A DNA stretch of 26,634 nt, taken from a virus. Taxonomy: Duplodnaviria; Caudoviricetes. The DNA is taken from positions 1 to 26,634 of the IMG/VR virus record IMGVR_UViG_3300021371_000090. One strand, given 5' to 3'. The position numbers and the translations under genes were made by a program. The first letter of the stretch is position 1. Each line of letters starts with the position of its first letter. Of this stretch, positions 5,846 to 15,966 are shown in pieces. A model generated the notes under the pieces. That model made no database searches. It was not told where the DNA came from and saw only the letters and a list, made by a program, of their open reading frames with translations.

Positions 5846-6903
5846 ATGATATAGAGTTAACAGACAAACAAAAACAAAAAATCGAGGCTGAGTTTGAAAA
5901 AAACCCCGATTTAAAACATATTACGCAAGTTGTATTTGGTAATAACTCATTAGATGGTCGTTCTAAGGAGGGAAGGTGTGTGAGGGCGTTTTTAATCACG
6001 AAAAGTTTAGATTTCACTACAACTCTTGCGCCGAAGGCAGAAGAAGTTGATCTAACAAGCGAACAAAAGCAATTTTTGATGGGGAATAATGTTGAAAGAG
6101 GGATGAACGCTCTTGAGGTCGCTCGTTTAACGTTTAAGGATAGGGAAATTCAACCCTTAAGCCAACAACATAGGACAGTAATGGAATATTTACGTCGATA
6201 CAGGCCAGAAATTGTTGATGACAACGAAATGTTAACTACAGACAAGTGGTTGTCGCCAAAATCTCTATCTAAATCAATCAAAAAGGTAAATGAGTGGGCT
6301 GGACAGAACTTTGACGAAGTAACGATTCAGACCAAACAGAAAAAAATGTGCGAAAAGCTACTTTTCTACCTTAAAAGTCCTAGATTCGTTCATTTTATAA
6401 ATCAATACTCAACAATAGCAGATAGAGACTTATTTGAAAGTGAATTTGTCAGAACAGTTTGGGATAAGCCAGATTTGACTAACGATGAGTTAAATTTGTA
6501 TATTACTGTTTGCACGAACTATGTAAGACAGAAACATATTCAACAAAGAATCGATAAGTTGAACACGATGCTCAACGATACCGATAATGAGCGAGATTTA
6601 ACATTACGTCTTACTGAGCTTATAAAGGCCACTAGCGAGGAGTTGAATCAATGTGAGAAAAGAATAGAATCTTTGACAAAAGACCTTAACGGAAGCCGTC
6701 AGGCGCGTTTAAAGGCAAGAGGAGAGCAAAACGGTAGTATTGCGGCGTTAGTTGAAGCTTTTCAGGAAAAAGAGGAGCGAGAGCGCATGATTTTGATGGC
6801 TGAGATGCAAAACAAGCTAATTGAAGACGAAGCGGATCGGCTTGAGTCTATGGACGAATACAAGGCTCGTATATTAGGAATATCCAAGAAGGAGATTTTA
6901 TGA
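5842..6903 (+). CDS. hypothetical coiled-coil protein (possible terminase small subunit)
   Basis: 353 aa, helical with C-terminal coiled coil. ATGA overlaps on both sides. Two genes upstream of TerL. The TerS role is positional inference only. Confidence 0.5.
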   Translation: MNDIELTDKQKQKIEAEFEKNPDLKHITQVVFGNNSLDGRSKEGRCVRAFLITKSLDFTTTLAPKAEEVDLTSEQKQFLMGNNVERGMNALEVARLTFKDREIQPLSQQHRTVMEYLRRYRPEIVDDNEMLTTDKWLSPKSLSKSIKKVNEWAGQNFDEVTIQTKQKKMCEKLLFYLKSPRFVHFINQYSTIADRDLFESEFVRTVWDKPDLTNDELNLYITVCTNYVRQKHIQQRIDKLNTMLNDTDNERDLTLRLTELIKATSEELNQCEKRIESLTKDLNGSRQARLKARGEQNGSIAALVEAFQEKEERERMILMAEMQNKLIEDEADRLESMDEYKARILGISKKEIL

Positions 6904-7853
6904 GTAAATTTGAATGTCTAGAATGTGGTAAAGAGTTTGACAGCAAAAGAAGTTTTCATGCTCATCTAAAAGCTCATGCCCTAACTATAGGAGATTACTA
7001 CGTAAAAAATTATGACAAGAGAGATTTATATACAAATGAAAAACTTGCTTTCAGATCTTACGATCAATATATGCGTGACAATTTTAATAATCATTCTAAT
7101 TTTATATCGTGGGTGGGATCTGCTCCAGCGGAGATTGTTAAAGACTATATTAAACAAAGAACTATAGAGAAGTTCAAACTAAAAGAAATTAAGGTATCAC
7201 CCCCGAATCTATTTTATGATTTGTCAGAAATGGCAAACATATTCTATTATAAAAAGTTTTGGGGATCGTATTCAAATTTTTTAAAAGAATTAGAGGTAGA
7301 ACATTATTTTAATAAGAACTTGCCGCCAAAGTTTTGGGATGAGCCTCATCAAGATATCCCAATGTTCACGGACACTAGGGAGAAAGCGCCATTAACATTT
7401 AAGGACTCTTTAACCAATAAATTGGACTTTGGAGACTATACTGCCAGAGGAGACTTATATACCAAGACGTTTGTGGACAGGAAGGCTCAAGATGATTTCA
7501 GACAGACGTTTGGGAAAGATATAGATCGTTTTAGAAGAGAAATGGATCGGTGTGTTGAATTTAACTCATACATGTTCGTTGTTGCTGAAACCTCAATAGA
7601 TAAATTAGAAGAACACAATAAAACCTCAAAGTTTAAATCAAACTTAAGTTACTTGTGGCATAACGTAAGAAATCTAATTATAGATTATCCGAAAAACCTT
7701 CAGATAGTTTTCGCCCACAACCGAGCTGGAGCTAAAAAACTCATTCCATTGATATTATATCATGGAACGGATTTGTGGAGAGTAGATTTACAATATTTCA
7801 TAGATAAAAGAATAAATGGCTTGGAACAAAGGAAAACAGGGATTTCGGCTTGA
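6900..7853 (+). CDS. C2H2 zinc finger + ERCC4 (XPF/Mus81)-like nuclease
   Basis: FECLECGKEFDSKRSFHAHLKAH finger; DTREK...LDFGDY...VDRKAQDD...RFRRE nuclease motifs. Confidence 0.75.
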   Translation: MSKFECLECGKEFDSKRSFHAHLKAHALTIGDYYVKNYDKRDLYTNEKLAFRSYDQYMRDNFNNHSNFISWVGSAPAEIVKDYIKQRTIEKFKLKEIKVSPPNLFYDLSEMANIFYYKKFWGSYSNFLKELEVEHYFNKNLPPKFWDEPHQDIPMFTDTREKAPLTFKDSLTNKLDFGDYTARGDLYTKTFVDRKAQDDFRQTFGKDIDRFRREMDRCVEFNSYMFVVAETSIDKLEEHNKTSKFKSNLSYLWHNVRNLIIDYPKNLQIVFAHNRAGAKKLIPLILYHGTDLWRVDLQYFIDKRINGLEQRKTGISA

Positions 7854-9708
7854 TCACTCCTCTCAGGAACTCAATGATTCGTTAAAGGAGATAGATGGCG
7901 CAATCAAAGAGGAGGAAGCTAAATATCTACTATATAAATTTTTAAGGAATAATATAGCTTTTACTTCTGAGTTATTTTTAGGGGTGAAGTTATTCCCATT
8001 CCAAGCGATGGCTATCAAGGGCATGATGGTATCGGATTACTCCATGTTCGTATTCTCGCGAGGCATGTCTAAAACGTTCTCTACGGCGGTCTACGTATTG
8101 ATGGAGTGCCTACTTAATCCCAATGCAAACATTGGTGTTATCGCGGGTAGCTTTAGGCAATCAAAACAAATTTTCCAAAAAATGGAAGATATTGTTAGCA
8201 AACCTGAAGCTAGTCTAATCAAGGAGTGTGGATTCAAAATTCAGAAGGGAACCGATCAATGGACAATGACTTTAGGTAAATCTAGGGCGATAGCCCTGCC
8301 TCTAGCTAATGGAGAAAGGCTTCGTGGATTTCGTTTTAATCGGATTGTATTGGATGAGTTCTTAACTATCCCAGAAAAGATTTTTAACGAAGTTATTATA
8401 CCATTTCTTGGTGTGGTAGAAAATCCTATCGAGAGGGAAGAACTATACAATCTAGAATCCAGAGTAATCGACAAAGGCGAGATGAAAGAACAGGATAGAT
8501 ACGTATGGCCTAACAACAAGCTTATCATCTTATCATCTCCATCTTTTAAATTTGAGTATATGTATAAATTATACAAAAAATATGAAGATCTTATATTTGG
8601 GCAAGGTGAGGAGCAAGATCAAGAAGAAGAGGGTTTTAAAGACGATGCTTACAGACTGATTATGCAGTTGAGTTATGATTGTGCTCCAACGAGATTATAT
8701 GATCAAAACCTACTTAAGCAAGCTAAAGCTACAATGTCAGAGATGCAGTTTAAAAGGGAGTTCGGCGCACAATTTATTGATGAGAGTGACGGTTATTTCA
8801 GATTGTCAAAAATGGCTGCTTGTACAATAGCTGATGGAGAATTTCCTGCTGTAGAGGTTGTTGGTAACCCTAGCGATGAATATATACTCGCTTTTGACCC
8901 CAACTGGGCTGGGAATACGAGTGCTGACCATTTTGCCATGCATGTCTTCAAAATTGATAGAGACGCTCAGAAGATCTGCTTAGTTCATAGTTATGCAATT
9001 GCAGGTGTTTCTCTCAAGCAACATATGGAATATTTTTTATACCTTATACAGTATTTTAATATTGTTGGTATATGCGGAGACTACAATGGGGGAGTGCAAT
9101 TTATCAATTCATGTAATGAGAGTGCTTTGTTTAAAGAGGCGAAAATAAAAATTGGGGTTATCGAGGTCGATCTAGAAAAACCTGAGAATTGGAACTCAGA
9201 TATTTTAAGCTTTAAAAATCAATATAATTTAAGGGAACGCAATTATTGTATATTAAGGAAGCCAACGTCTAATTGGATTCGGAATGCTAACGAGATGTTA
9301 CAAGCTGCTATAGACCATAAAAGAATACTATTTGCTTCTAGGGCTATAGATTCTCATTTTGATTCACAAAGGAAAAAGAATATACCTATAGATAAGATTA
9401 AATGGGATATCAAAACACCAAAGGCATCCAAAGGGGCCATGATGATTGATCTGATTGATCATCAAAAGTATGTAGTAGAACTTACAAAGTCTGAATGCGC
9501 TAACATTGAGGTCATAGGGAACCCGCAAGGATCACAGGCGTTTAACTTGCCTCAAAATTTAAGAAGACAAAAAGGCCCGAATAGAGCTAGAAAAGACTCT
9601 TATTCTTCTTTAGTTTTAGGAAATTGGTTTGCAAAAGTATTTTTTGATTCAGAAAATGCTTCAGTAGAACAAAAACCTGAGTCCACTTTTATTCCATTTG
9701 CAATTTAA
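7816..9708 (+). CDS. terL: terminase large subunit
   Basis: PFQ adenine motif, SRGMSKT Walker A, LRG, IVLDE Walker B, SSP motif III, F.REF, RNase H-like AFDP...D and C-terminal KD. Confidence 0.92.
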   Translation: MAWNKGKQGFRLDHSSQELNDSLKEIDGAIKEEEAKYLLYKFLRNNIAFTSELFLGVKLFPFQAMAIKGMMVSDYSMFVFSRGMSKTFSTAVYVLMECLLNPNANIGVIAGSFRQSKQIFQKMEDIVSKPEASLIKECGFKIQKGTDQWTMTLGKSRAIALPLANGERLRGFRFNRIVLDEFLTIPEKIFNEVIIPFLGVVENPIEREELYNLESRVIDKGEMKEQDRYVWPNNKLIILSSPSFKFEYMYKLYKKYEDLIFGQGEEQDQEEEGFKDDAYRLIMQLSYDCAPTRLYDQNLLKQAKATMSEMQFKREFGAQFIDESDGYFRLSKMAACTIADGEFPAVEVVGNPSDEYILAFDPNWAGNTSADHFAMHVFKIDRDAQKICLVHSYAIAGVSLKQHMEYFLYLIQYFNIVGICGDYNGGVQFINSCNESALFKEAKIKIGVIEVDLEKPENWNSDILSFKNQYNLRERNYCILRKPTSNWIRNANEMLQAAIDHKRILFASRAIDSHFDSQRKKNIPIDKIKWDIKTPKASKGAMMIDLIDHQKYVVELTKSECANIEVIGNPQGSQAFNLPQNLRRQKGPNRARKDSYSSLVLGNWFAKVFFDSENASVEQKPESTFIPFAI

Positions 9709-9709
9709 A

Positions 9710-9715
9710 GTGTAA
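9710..9715 (+). promoter_or_regulatory. GTGTAA putative late promoter
   Basis: GTGTAA-N8-ATG(9724). Confidence 0.65.
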
Positions 9716-9723
9716 TAAAAAAT

Positions 9724-10563
9724 ATGCCTTTAGATCCTAATATTACAGGTGCATGGGATGTTGGAGCCAACAGAAATTTAGGAATCCCATTTAATTATGT
9801 GTGGGATAGATCTAAATCTTATTGGAAGCCAATGGATTTAGGAGATTTGGGGTCTTATTCTGATAAGGTCAACGCAGGTGCTAATGACAGAGTCTTAAAG
9901 TTTGGATCAAACCCAAATATACCAAATGATGTCAGTCTTTCCTCTCCAGAAACAGTTTGGGACGGCTCTACAGAATATGTGTTTCCTCCTGACGTTGGAA
10001 CAGGTATTCAGGTTAAATCTGCTAATGGTGGAGATAGTCAAGAAATTATCATTCAAGGATTAGATGAGAGTTTTAATTCTGCAAGTTGGACTGGCGACTT
10101 AAATGGGGCATCTGAAGTGAATGTGGATGGAACTTGGTCTAGGGTCTTTAGGGCTTTCAATAATGATAATACTGATTTTGCGGGAGATATCAATATTCAT
10201 GCAAGCGGAGATGATAGCACTTCTTATGCGAAAATACTTAGTGGAAATAACCAAACTTTAATGGCAGTTTATACTGTCCCAGAAAGCGCAACAGGTTATT
10301 TAATTCAATATGAAGCTTCTGCTCAAAATACTGCCAGTTCATCAAGCATAGGTTACACTTTACATTTAAAAACAAGAGAATACGGCAAAGTTTTTAGGGT
10401 GCAAGAAGTTACTTCTGTCACTACAGAAAATTCTCATGCACAAGAATTACAGGTTCCTATTACTCTTGAGCCAAAAACAGATGTTTTAGTAAATGTTATC
10501 AATGCTAATGGTAATAATGGTTCTGTAAACGCTGATTTTAGTATAGCTTTACATTCAAGTTGA
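9724..10563 (+). CDS. hypothetical beta-rich protein, possibly virion-associated
   Basis: 279 aa rich in G/S/N/T, between terL and portal. Confidence 0.6.
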   Translation: MPLDPNITGAWDVGANRNLGIPFNYVWDRSKSYWKPMDLGDLGSYSDKVNAGANDRVLKFGSNPNIPNDVSLSSPETVWDGSTEYVFPPDVGTGIQVKSANGGDSQEIIIQGLDESFNSASWTGDLNGASEVNVDGTWSRVFRAFNNDNTDFAGDINIHASGDDSTSYAKILSGNNQTLMAVYTVPESATGYLIQYEASAQNTASSSSIGYTLHLKTREYGKVFRVQEVTSVTTENSHAQELQVPITLEPKTDVLVNVINANGNNGSVNADFSIALHSS

Positions 10564-10592
10564 AAAGTTTCAAAGTAACTTTTATAACTTTA

Positions 10593-10598
10593 GTGTAA
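10593..10598 (+). promoter_or_regulatory. GTGTAA putative late promoter
   Basis: GTGTAA-N8-ATG(10607). Confidence 0.65.
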
Positions 10599-10606
10599 AC
10601 TTTCAT

Positions 10607-12562
10607 ATGCCTCGTAAATATACCAAGAGATCAGAGTATTGGGAAAAGTTCAATAAGAAAAAAATTCCACTTGAAAACCTACTCCAGCCTCAAGAGGAGG
10701 GTTTTCAGCCAGAACTAATTGGAGAACCTGTTTTCAGCTCAGAGTCGTCTCGCTTAGACTCTCCTACAGCTAGAACGAAAGCTCGTACCAATGCGGTTGC
10801 CACTTCAGGCTTTAGCAATAAATTTGAGAATATCAAGAGTGGCATATTGCCATTTAACTACGAAAAAGATTCTGCAGATGCAAAAGAGGCTGTAGAGCTT
10901 TGTCAAAAAGCTTATTTTAATATTTCTTCATTTAAAGGAACGATTGACCTTTTATCAGAGTTTGCTGATTCAGAGTTGTATTTAGAAGGAGGCACTGAAA
11001 AATCAAAAAAATTTATTGATGCTTGGTTCAAAAGAATCAAGATGCATGATTTAAAACAACAATACTTCCGAGAATATTACCGTTCAGGAAATGTTTTTTT
11101 GTATCGGGTAGATGGAAAAATTCCACTTAAGAATTCTCAAAAAATGCTAGAAGCTTATGGAGCTAGCTCAAGAAAAGAGATACCAATTAGATATTTGCTA
11201 ATTAATCCTACAGACATTGCAACCAAGGGTTCTGTTTCATTTAGCGGTTATGAATATTTTAAAGTATTATCCCCATTTGAAATTTCTCGATTACAGAAAC
11301 CTGAGACAGATCATGAGTTAGAGATGTTCAAATCTTTGCCAGAGGACGTTCAACAAGCTCTTAAATCAGGAAAGAACGCTTATGCAATGACTAGAGTTCA
11401 AATTAAACTTGACCCACAACTCTTGCATGTTGTGTTTGCTAAAAAACAAGATTATGAGCCATTAGCTATTCCTCTCGGTTATTCTGTTCTTGATGACCTC
11501 AACAGAAAGATTGAATTGAAAAATATTGATCAAGCGATAAGTCGCTCTATTGAAAACGTTGTCTTGCTTGTTACCATGGGTAATGAACCAGATAAAGGGG
11601 GGGTTAATCACCGCAACCTAGCTGCGATGCAGCAGATCTTCAAGAATCAAAGCGTTGGTCGGGTTCTTGTTTCTGACTATACAACAAAAGCAGATTTTAT
11701 CATTCCAGATATTCGGAAGGTCGTAGGCCCAGAAAAATACGAAGTCTTAAACAGAGATATTGAGCAGGGTTTACAGAATATTCTTATAGGAGAATCCAAA
11801 TATTCAGATACTCAAATCAAAATGAAGGTTTTCTTCCAGAGATTAGAAGAGTCTCGTAGAGCCTTCCTAAATGACTTTATTAATCCTGAGATCAGAAGAA
11901 TATGCAAGGCTGCTGGTCTTCGTTCTTGGCCCGAAGCTAAATTTGCTCATACAGACACTATGGACGACAATAATTTGTCAAAGCTTGCTACAAGACTTAT
12001 GGAGCTAGGAGTCCTCACTCCAGAACAGGGGATGAAGGTGGTTCACACTGGAGTTTTCCCTCAAGCTGCTGAGATGCAGGAGGCTCAAGATAAATTTAAA
12101 GAAGAGCGTGAAAAAGGACATTACATGCCTCTTGTTAATACTATTAATTTATATAACGAAGAACAAGAAGATGATTCTGAACCTAGCCAGCCTAAAGCTA
12201 TTTCTCCATCTGGTGGGAGACCGATTGGAGTATCTAACTCCTCTTATTCAAAGAAAAATATCGTAGAAGCAACTAAAAAAATTAATGAGCTTGAAATATT
12301 GGCATTTAGAGAATTCGCTTCAAAGTTTGGACTTAAAAGAATGTCAAAGCAAAAGAAAGAAATGGTAACCCAAGTATGTGAATCTATTGTTATTGCTAAA
12401 GATAGTGCTGATTGGGAATCCACTTTATCTGAAATAGTTCAAGATTTAGACAAATTATCTTCTCTCGCGGTAAATCAAAAGGTTTTAGAATTAGGCTGTC
12501 AACATCAATTAGATGACTTAGCTTCAGCAATTTTATATCATTCAACTCAAATTTCTGTGTAA
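10607..12562 (+). CDS. portal protein
   Basis: 651 aa between terL and protease. REYYRSGNVF, LLNP-like and GRP tail motifs; helical clip/stem pattern typical of portals. Confidence 0.8.
   Translation: MPRKYTKRSEYWEKFNKKKIPLENLLQPQEEGFQPELIGEPVFSSESSRLDSPTARTKARTNAVATSGFSNKFENIKSGILPFNYEKDSADAKEAVELCQKAYFNISSFKGTIDLLSEFADSELYLEGGTEKSKKFIDAWFKRIKMHDLKQQYFREYYRSGNVFLYRVDGKIPLKNSQKMLEAYGASSRKEIPIRYLLINPTDIATKGSVSFSGYEYFKVLSPFEISRLQKPETDHELEMFKSLPEDVQQALKSGKNAYAMTRVQIKLDPQLLHVVFAKKQDYEPLAIPLGYSVLDDLNRKIELKNIDQAISRSIENVVLLVTMGNEPDKGGVNHRNLAAMQQIFKNQSVGRVLVSDYTTKADFIIPDIRKVVGPEKYEVLNRDIEQGLQNILIGESKYSDTQIKMKVFFQRLEESRRAFLNDFINPEIRRICKAAGLRSWPEAKFAHTDTMDDNNLSKLATRLMELGVLTPEQGMKVVHTGVFPQAAEMQEAQDKFKEEREKGHYMPLVNTINLYNEEQEDDSEPSQPKAISPSGGRPIGVSNSSYSKKNIVEATKKINELEILAFREFASKFGLKRMSKQKKEMVTQVCESIVIAKDSADWESTLSEIVQDLDKLSSLAVNQKVLELGCQHQLDDLASAILYHSTQISV
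12557..12562 (+). promoter_or_regulatory. GTGTAA putative late promoter overlapping portal stop codon
   Basis: GTGTAA-N8-ATG(12571). Confidence 0.6.
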
Positions 12563-12570
12563 GACTTAAT

Positions 12571-14070
12571 ATGTTATTGGATGATTTTAACATTTGCTTA
12601 TTTAAAGGAAGAGTAAGAGAGATTAAAAACGAAGAGTTTGAATCATTTGGGCTTTCCCAAGGTTCCCTTCAAGAAGCTGCAGAATCTTTACTGCCAGAAG
12701 ATTTTAATCCAGAAGAAAATATAGATGTTTTACCTGTTGTATTTAACTTGGCGAAGGTAAACGAGTTTAATAAAAATGGAGACGGTATTGACGCCAAAAC
12801 CGCCATTGCTGCTGTTAAACGTTTTATTAACAAGCCAATTAATATTGAACACAAAAAAGACAAAATTGTTGGACATATGATTAATGCTTCATTCTCTGAT
12901 AAGGAGTTTGACTTCAAGGATAATGATATTGAATCCTATGCAGATAAAAAAGAACCGTTTTATATTAATGCAGCTGGATTGATATATAAATCAGTCTTCC
13001 CAGAATTAGCTGAAGCGATTGTAGAGGCTTCAGAAGAGGAAGATGCATCTTATCAAAGTATTTCTACTAGCTGGGAATTAGCATTTAAAGAATTTGAAGT
13101 AGCTGTTGGTTCTAAGTATCTAAATGAATCTAGTATAGCAGAAGGGGCTGAAAAAGAAGACTTGAAGCAATATATTAGAGGGTTAGGAGGCAAGGGAGTC
13201 GATCAAAATGGCAACCCTGTCAATCGATTAATTGTAGGTCAAACTTATCCTTTGGGAGCTGCATTAACTAAAAATCCTGCAGCAGCAGTGACAGGAGTTT
13301 ATACAACACAAGAAGACCCAATAAACAAAAAAGTAGAAAAAATTTCCCGAAATAGTAATATTAATGTAAAGTCAAACAAATTAAAAAGTATTTTTAATAT
13401 GGATAACGAACAATTTGATCAATTAATCTGTCAGTTGACCAAGAGTGTTGCTTCTGCTGTGAAGGAAGGCTCTGAGGCTAAAACTGTTAGCGAAAGTATC
13501 CGAGATACTCTCGTAGAACACAACGAGTCTTGGACTTCCAAGATGCAAGTTGAACAGGAAGCTAAGGCTAAGGCTGAAGCTGAGCTTAGTGAGTTGCAAG
13601 ACTCTTTTAAGCAAACAAAAGAAGAACTAGATGCTCTTAAGGGCGAGGTTGAAGCAAAAGCTGCTGTTGACCTTTTCAATGACCGCATGAATTTTATTGA
13701 TAGCGATTATGACCTTAACGAGAAAGAACTCGCTTTGGTTACAGCTGAAGTTAAGGATCTAGGTTCTTCCGAAGAAGATTTTAATTCCTATAAGGATAAG
13801 CTTGAAGTTATTTTTGCTCATAAGCTCAAGAAAAATATTGAGGCTAAAGAAGCAGAGATTAAAGCTCGTATCGACGAAGCTGTCGCTAGCCGCGAAGAGG
13901 GTGATGAACCCGAAGAAGAGGCAGCTGACGAAGAAGAGTCGGAAGAAGAGCTTGAAGTCGAGGGAGATGAAGCAGAAGCTTCTATTCCGAATAATAACGC
14001 TGAAGCAAGCGAACAGATTTCTTTTGTCGAGAGACTCAAGAAGAACTTCTCAGTAGAAGTTGCAAACTAA
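12571..14070 (+). CDS. prohead protease / scaffold fusion
   Basis: N-terminal NKNGD...INIEH...STSWE protease-like motifs; acidic coiled-coil C-terminal half; located between portal and capsid. Confidence 0.75.
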   Translation: MLLDDFNICLFKGRVREIKNEEFESFGLSQGSLQEAAESLLPEDFNPEENIDVLPVVFNLAKVNEFNKNGDGIDAKTAIAAVKRFINKPINIEHKKDKIVGHMINASFSDKEFDFKDNDIESYADKKEPFYINAAGLIYKSVFPELAEAIVEASEEEDASYQSISTSWELAFKEFEVAVGSKYLNESSIAEGAEKEDLKQYIRGLGGKGVDQNGNPVNRLIVGQTYPLGAALTKNPAAAVTGVYTTQEDPINKKVEKISRNSNINVKSNKLKSIFNMDNEQFDQLICQLTKSVASAVKEGSEAKTVSESIRDTLVEHNESWTSKMQVEQEAKAKAEAELSELQDSFKQTKEELDALKGEVEAKAAVDLFNDRMNFIDSDYDLNEKELALVTAEVKDLGSSEEDFNSYKDKLEVIFAHKLKKNIEAKEAEIKARIDEAVASREEGDEPEEEAADEEESEEELEVEGDEAEASIPNNNAEASEQISFVERLKKNFSVEVAN

Positions 14071-14091
14071 AAAAATTAAATATTATATATT

Positions 14092-14724
14092 ATGGCTAAC
14101 GAAATTACACGTTTAATGCCGTTTCGTCAATACGACGAGAATGATGTTATTAACTTCTATTCTCTCGATGCTGAAACAGGTGAAGCGGGTTCTGTTGTTA
14201 AGGTAAGCGCTGCTAACCTTAGTGATGAGCCTGTCAAGTATGTTGGGCGAGGCGATGCAGACTCGTATCAATCTACTCTAGGTAAGGGTCTTTCCCTCTA
14301 TCCAGAAGTTCCTTATAAGGTCACTAAAATGGCCGCTACTGGTGCTGGAGAAAAAGCTCTTGGGATTCTTTTGCGCGATGTCCGTGCGAAGGACGAAAAC
14401 GGAGAAAACCTTCTATACTACCCAGAAAAGAAGGAAGAACTTCAGTGTGTTGTATCTGGTGAAGCGGTTCCTATCGCGACTAAAGGTATTTTCACTATCA
14501 ACGTCAATGGTCTTACCAATGGTGTTGCTCCTTCTGTTAACGATTTTGCTTTACCATCTCTGAATGGAACTATCACTGGTATTACTAGTGCTACTCCTGC
14601 AAAACATGCTGAGCATAGGAATCACCATATCGGAACCTTTATTGGCACTGGTCTCAGAGAGTCTCAAGGTGGGACTACTGATGCTTTCGCAGGTGCTTAT
14701 GCAATCCTTAAACTTAACTGCTAA
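14092..14724 (+). CDS. putative capsid decoration/cement protein
   Basis: 210 aa G/A/T-rich protein immediately upstream of the MCP, with highly biased codon usage. Confidence 0.6.
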   Translation: MANEITRLMPFRQYDENDVINFYSLDAETGEAGSVVKVSAANLSDEPVKYVGRGDADSYQSTLGKGLSLYPEVPYKVTKMAATGAGEKALGILLRDVRAKDENGENLLYYPEKKEELQCVVSGEAVPIATKGIFTINVNGLTNGVAPSVNDFALPSLNGTITGITSATPAKHAEHRNHHIGTFIGTGLRESQGGTTDAFAGAYAILKLNC

Positions 14725-14736
14725 TAACTTACGAAA

Positions 14737-15876
14737 ATGAAAATCACAATTAAAAGAACTGAAGATCAGTTGGCCTTAATTAAGGCAATGGGATCTAATA
14801 ATCGTGAAGAGGCTTATGAGGCACAGGCAGCAGTTGCAGAATTGCTTGGACCTGTTGTATCTGAAGTGATTAACAATGCTCCTACCATTGGAAATCTGTA
14901 TACTACAATTTCTTATGGAGAAGATGACAATCCTTCTCTTCCTTTGGACCTTTTCCACGATATCACTGATGAGGATTACATTGAAGTGTATTCTCAGCAG
15001 GTTGCTGGTGGGCTTCCATACAGTCAAGTCTTCCCTGCTCACAATGAGTTGAAGTTTAGCACTTACACTTTGGATAGTGCTCTTGCGTTTGATCGCAAGT
15101 ATGTCCGTAAGGCTCGCCTCGATGTTGTCAGCAAGACTTTCACTCGGATGGCTCAAGAAGTCCTGCTCAAGCAGACAACTACAGCTTTCAACGTTCTAGC
15201 TACCGCTTTGGTAAAAGGAACTGGAACTGGAACAACCGCTGGTGGAAGCATCATTGGTTCTTCTGCTGCTGACCGTTTTGTCCTTGCAGACTTTAATAAC
15301 CTGATTACCAAGAGTAAGCGTATCAATAGCTCCTTCAGTGGAGGAACTCCTGTTGGTGGCGTTAAGTCTGGTATTTCTGATCTCCTTGTTTCTCCAGAAA
15401 TGGTCGAGGAGCTTCGGGCAATGGCTTATAACCCAATCAACACCGCTGAAGCCCCTTACGGATCTGCAGTTAAGGACAGTCTTCCTGCTCCTGACGCTCT
15501 TCGTCAAGAACTCTTCAGTGCTGCTGGTCTTCCTTCTTTCTACGGAATTAATGTTATGGAGATCAATGAAATGGGCATCGGACAACGCTTCAACAAGCTC
15601 TTTGGTGCTGTTGTAGCTTCCGAAGGCGCTACTGTTATCGGTGGTGGAGGATCTGGAACTTGGGTAACTGCTGATGATGAAATTCTCATCGGTATCGACC
15701 GTTCTAAGGATGCTCTTATCCGTCCTACCGTTGTTGGTGAGGGATCACCATCTGAATTCCAAGTCCTTGTTGACGATCAGTTTTCTGTTCGTCAGAACAA
15801 GATTGGATACTACGGTAAAGTTGAAGAGGGTCGCCTTTGCATCGACAATCGCGCTCTTATCGGCTTGGTGGTATAA
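14737..15876 (+). CDS. major capsid protein (HK97 fold expected)
   Basis: 379 aa; synteny; LLVSPE and FYGINV patterns; strong codon bias; strong terminator downstream. Confidence 0.85.
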   Translation: MKITIKRTEDQLALIKAMGSNNREEAYEAQAAVAELLGPVVSEVINNAPTIGNLYTTISYGEDDNPSLPLDLFHDITDEDYIEVYSQQVAGGLPYSQVFPAHNELKFSTYTLDSALAFDRKYVRKARLDVVSKTFTRMAQEVLLKQTTTAFNVLATALVKGTGTGTTAGGSIIGSSAADRFVLADFNNLITKSKRINSSFSGGTPVGGVKSGISDLLVSPEMVEELRAMAYNPINTAEAPYGSAVKDSLPAPDALRQELFSAAGLPSFYGINVMEINEMGIGQRFNKLFGAVVASEGATVIGGGGSGTWVTADDEILIGIDRSKDALIRPTVVGEGSPSEFQVLVDDQFSVRQNKIGYYGKVEEGRLCIDNRALIGLVV

Positions 15877-15895
15877 TCAACCTGATGTTACTTAT

Positions 15896-15934
15896 AAAGA
15901 GAGTCGCTCCAAAAGGGGCGGCTCTTTTTTTTTT
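15896..15934 (+). terminator. Intrinsic terminator after MCP
   Basis: AGAGTCGCTCC-AAAA-GGGGCGGCTCT followed by a long T run. Confidence 0.9.
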
Positions 15935-15961
15935 GATTTTTATCTAAATTTTAACTATTAT
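15933..15961 (+). promoter_or_regulatory. sigma70-like leaderless promoter
   Basis: TTGATT-N17-TATTAT-N5-ATG(15967). Confidence 0.55.
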
Positions 15962-15966
15962 GTATT

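Noticed and set aside
7816-9708. Intein or intron in terL
   Set aside because: Length and motif spacing are normal; no intein splice motifs seen.
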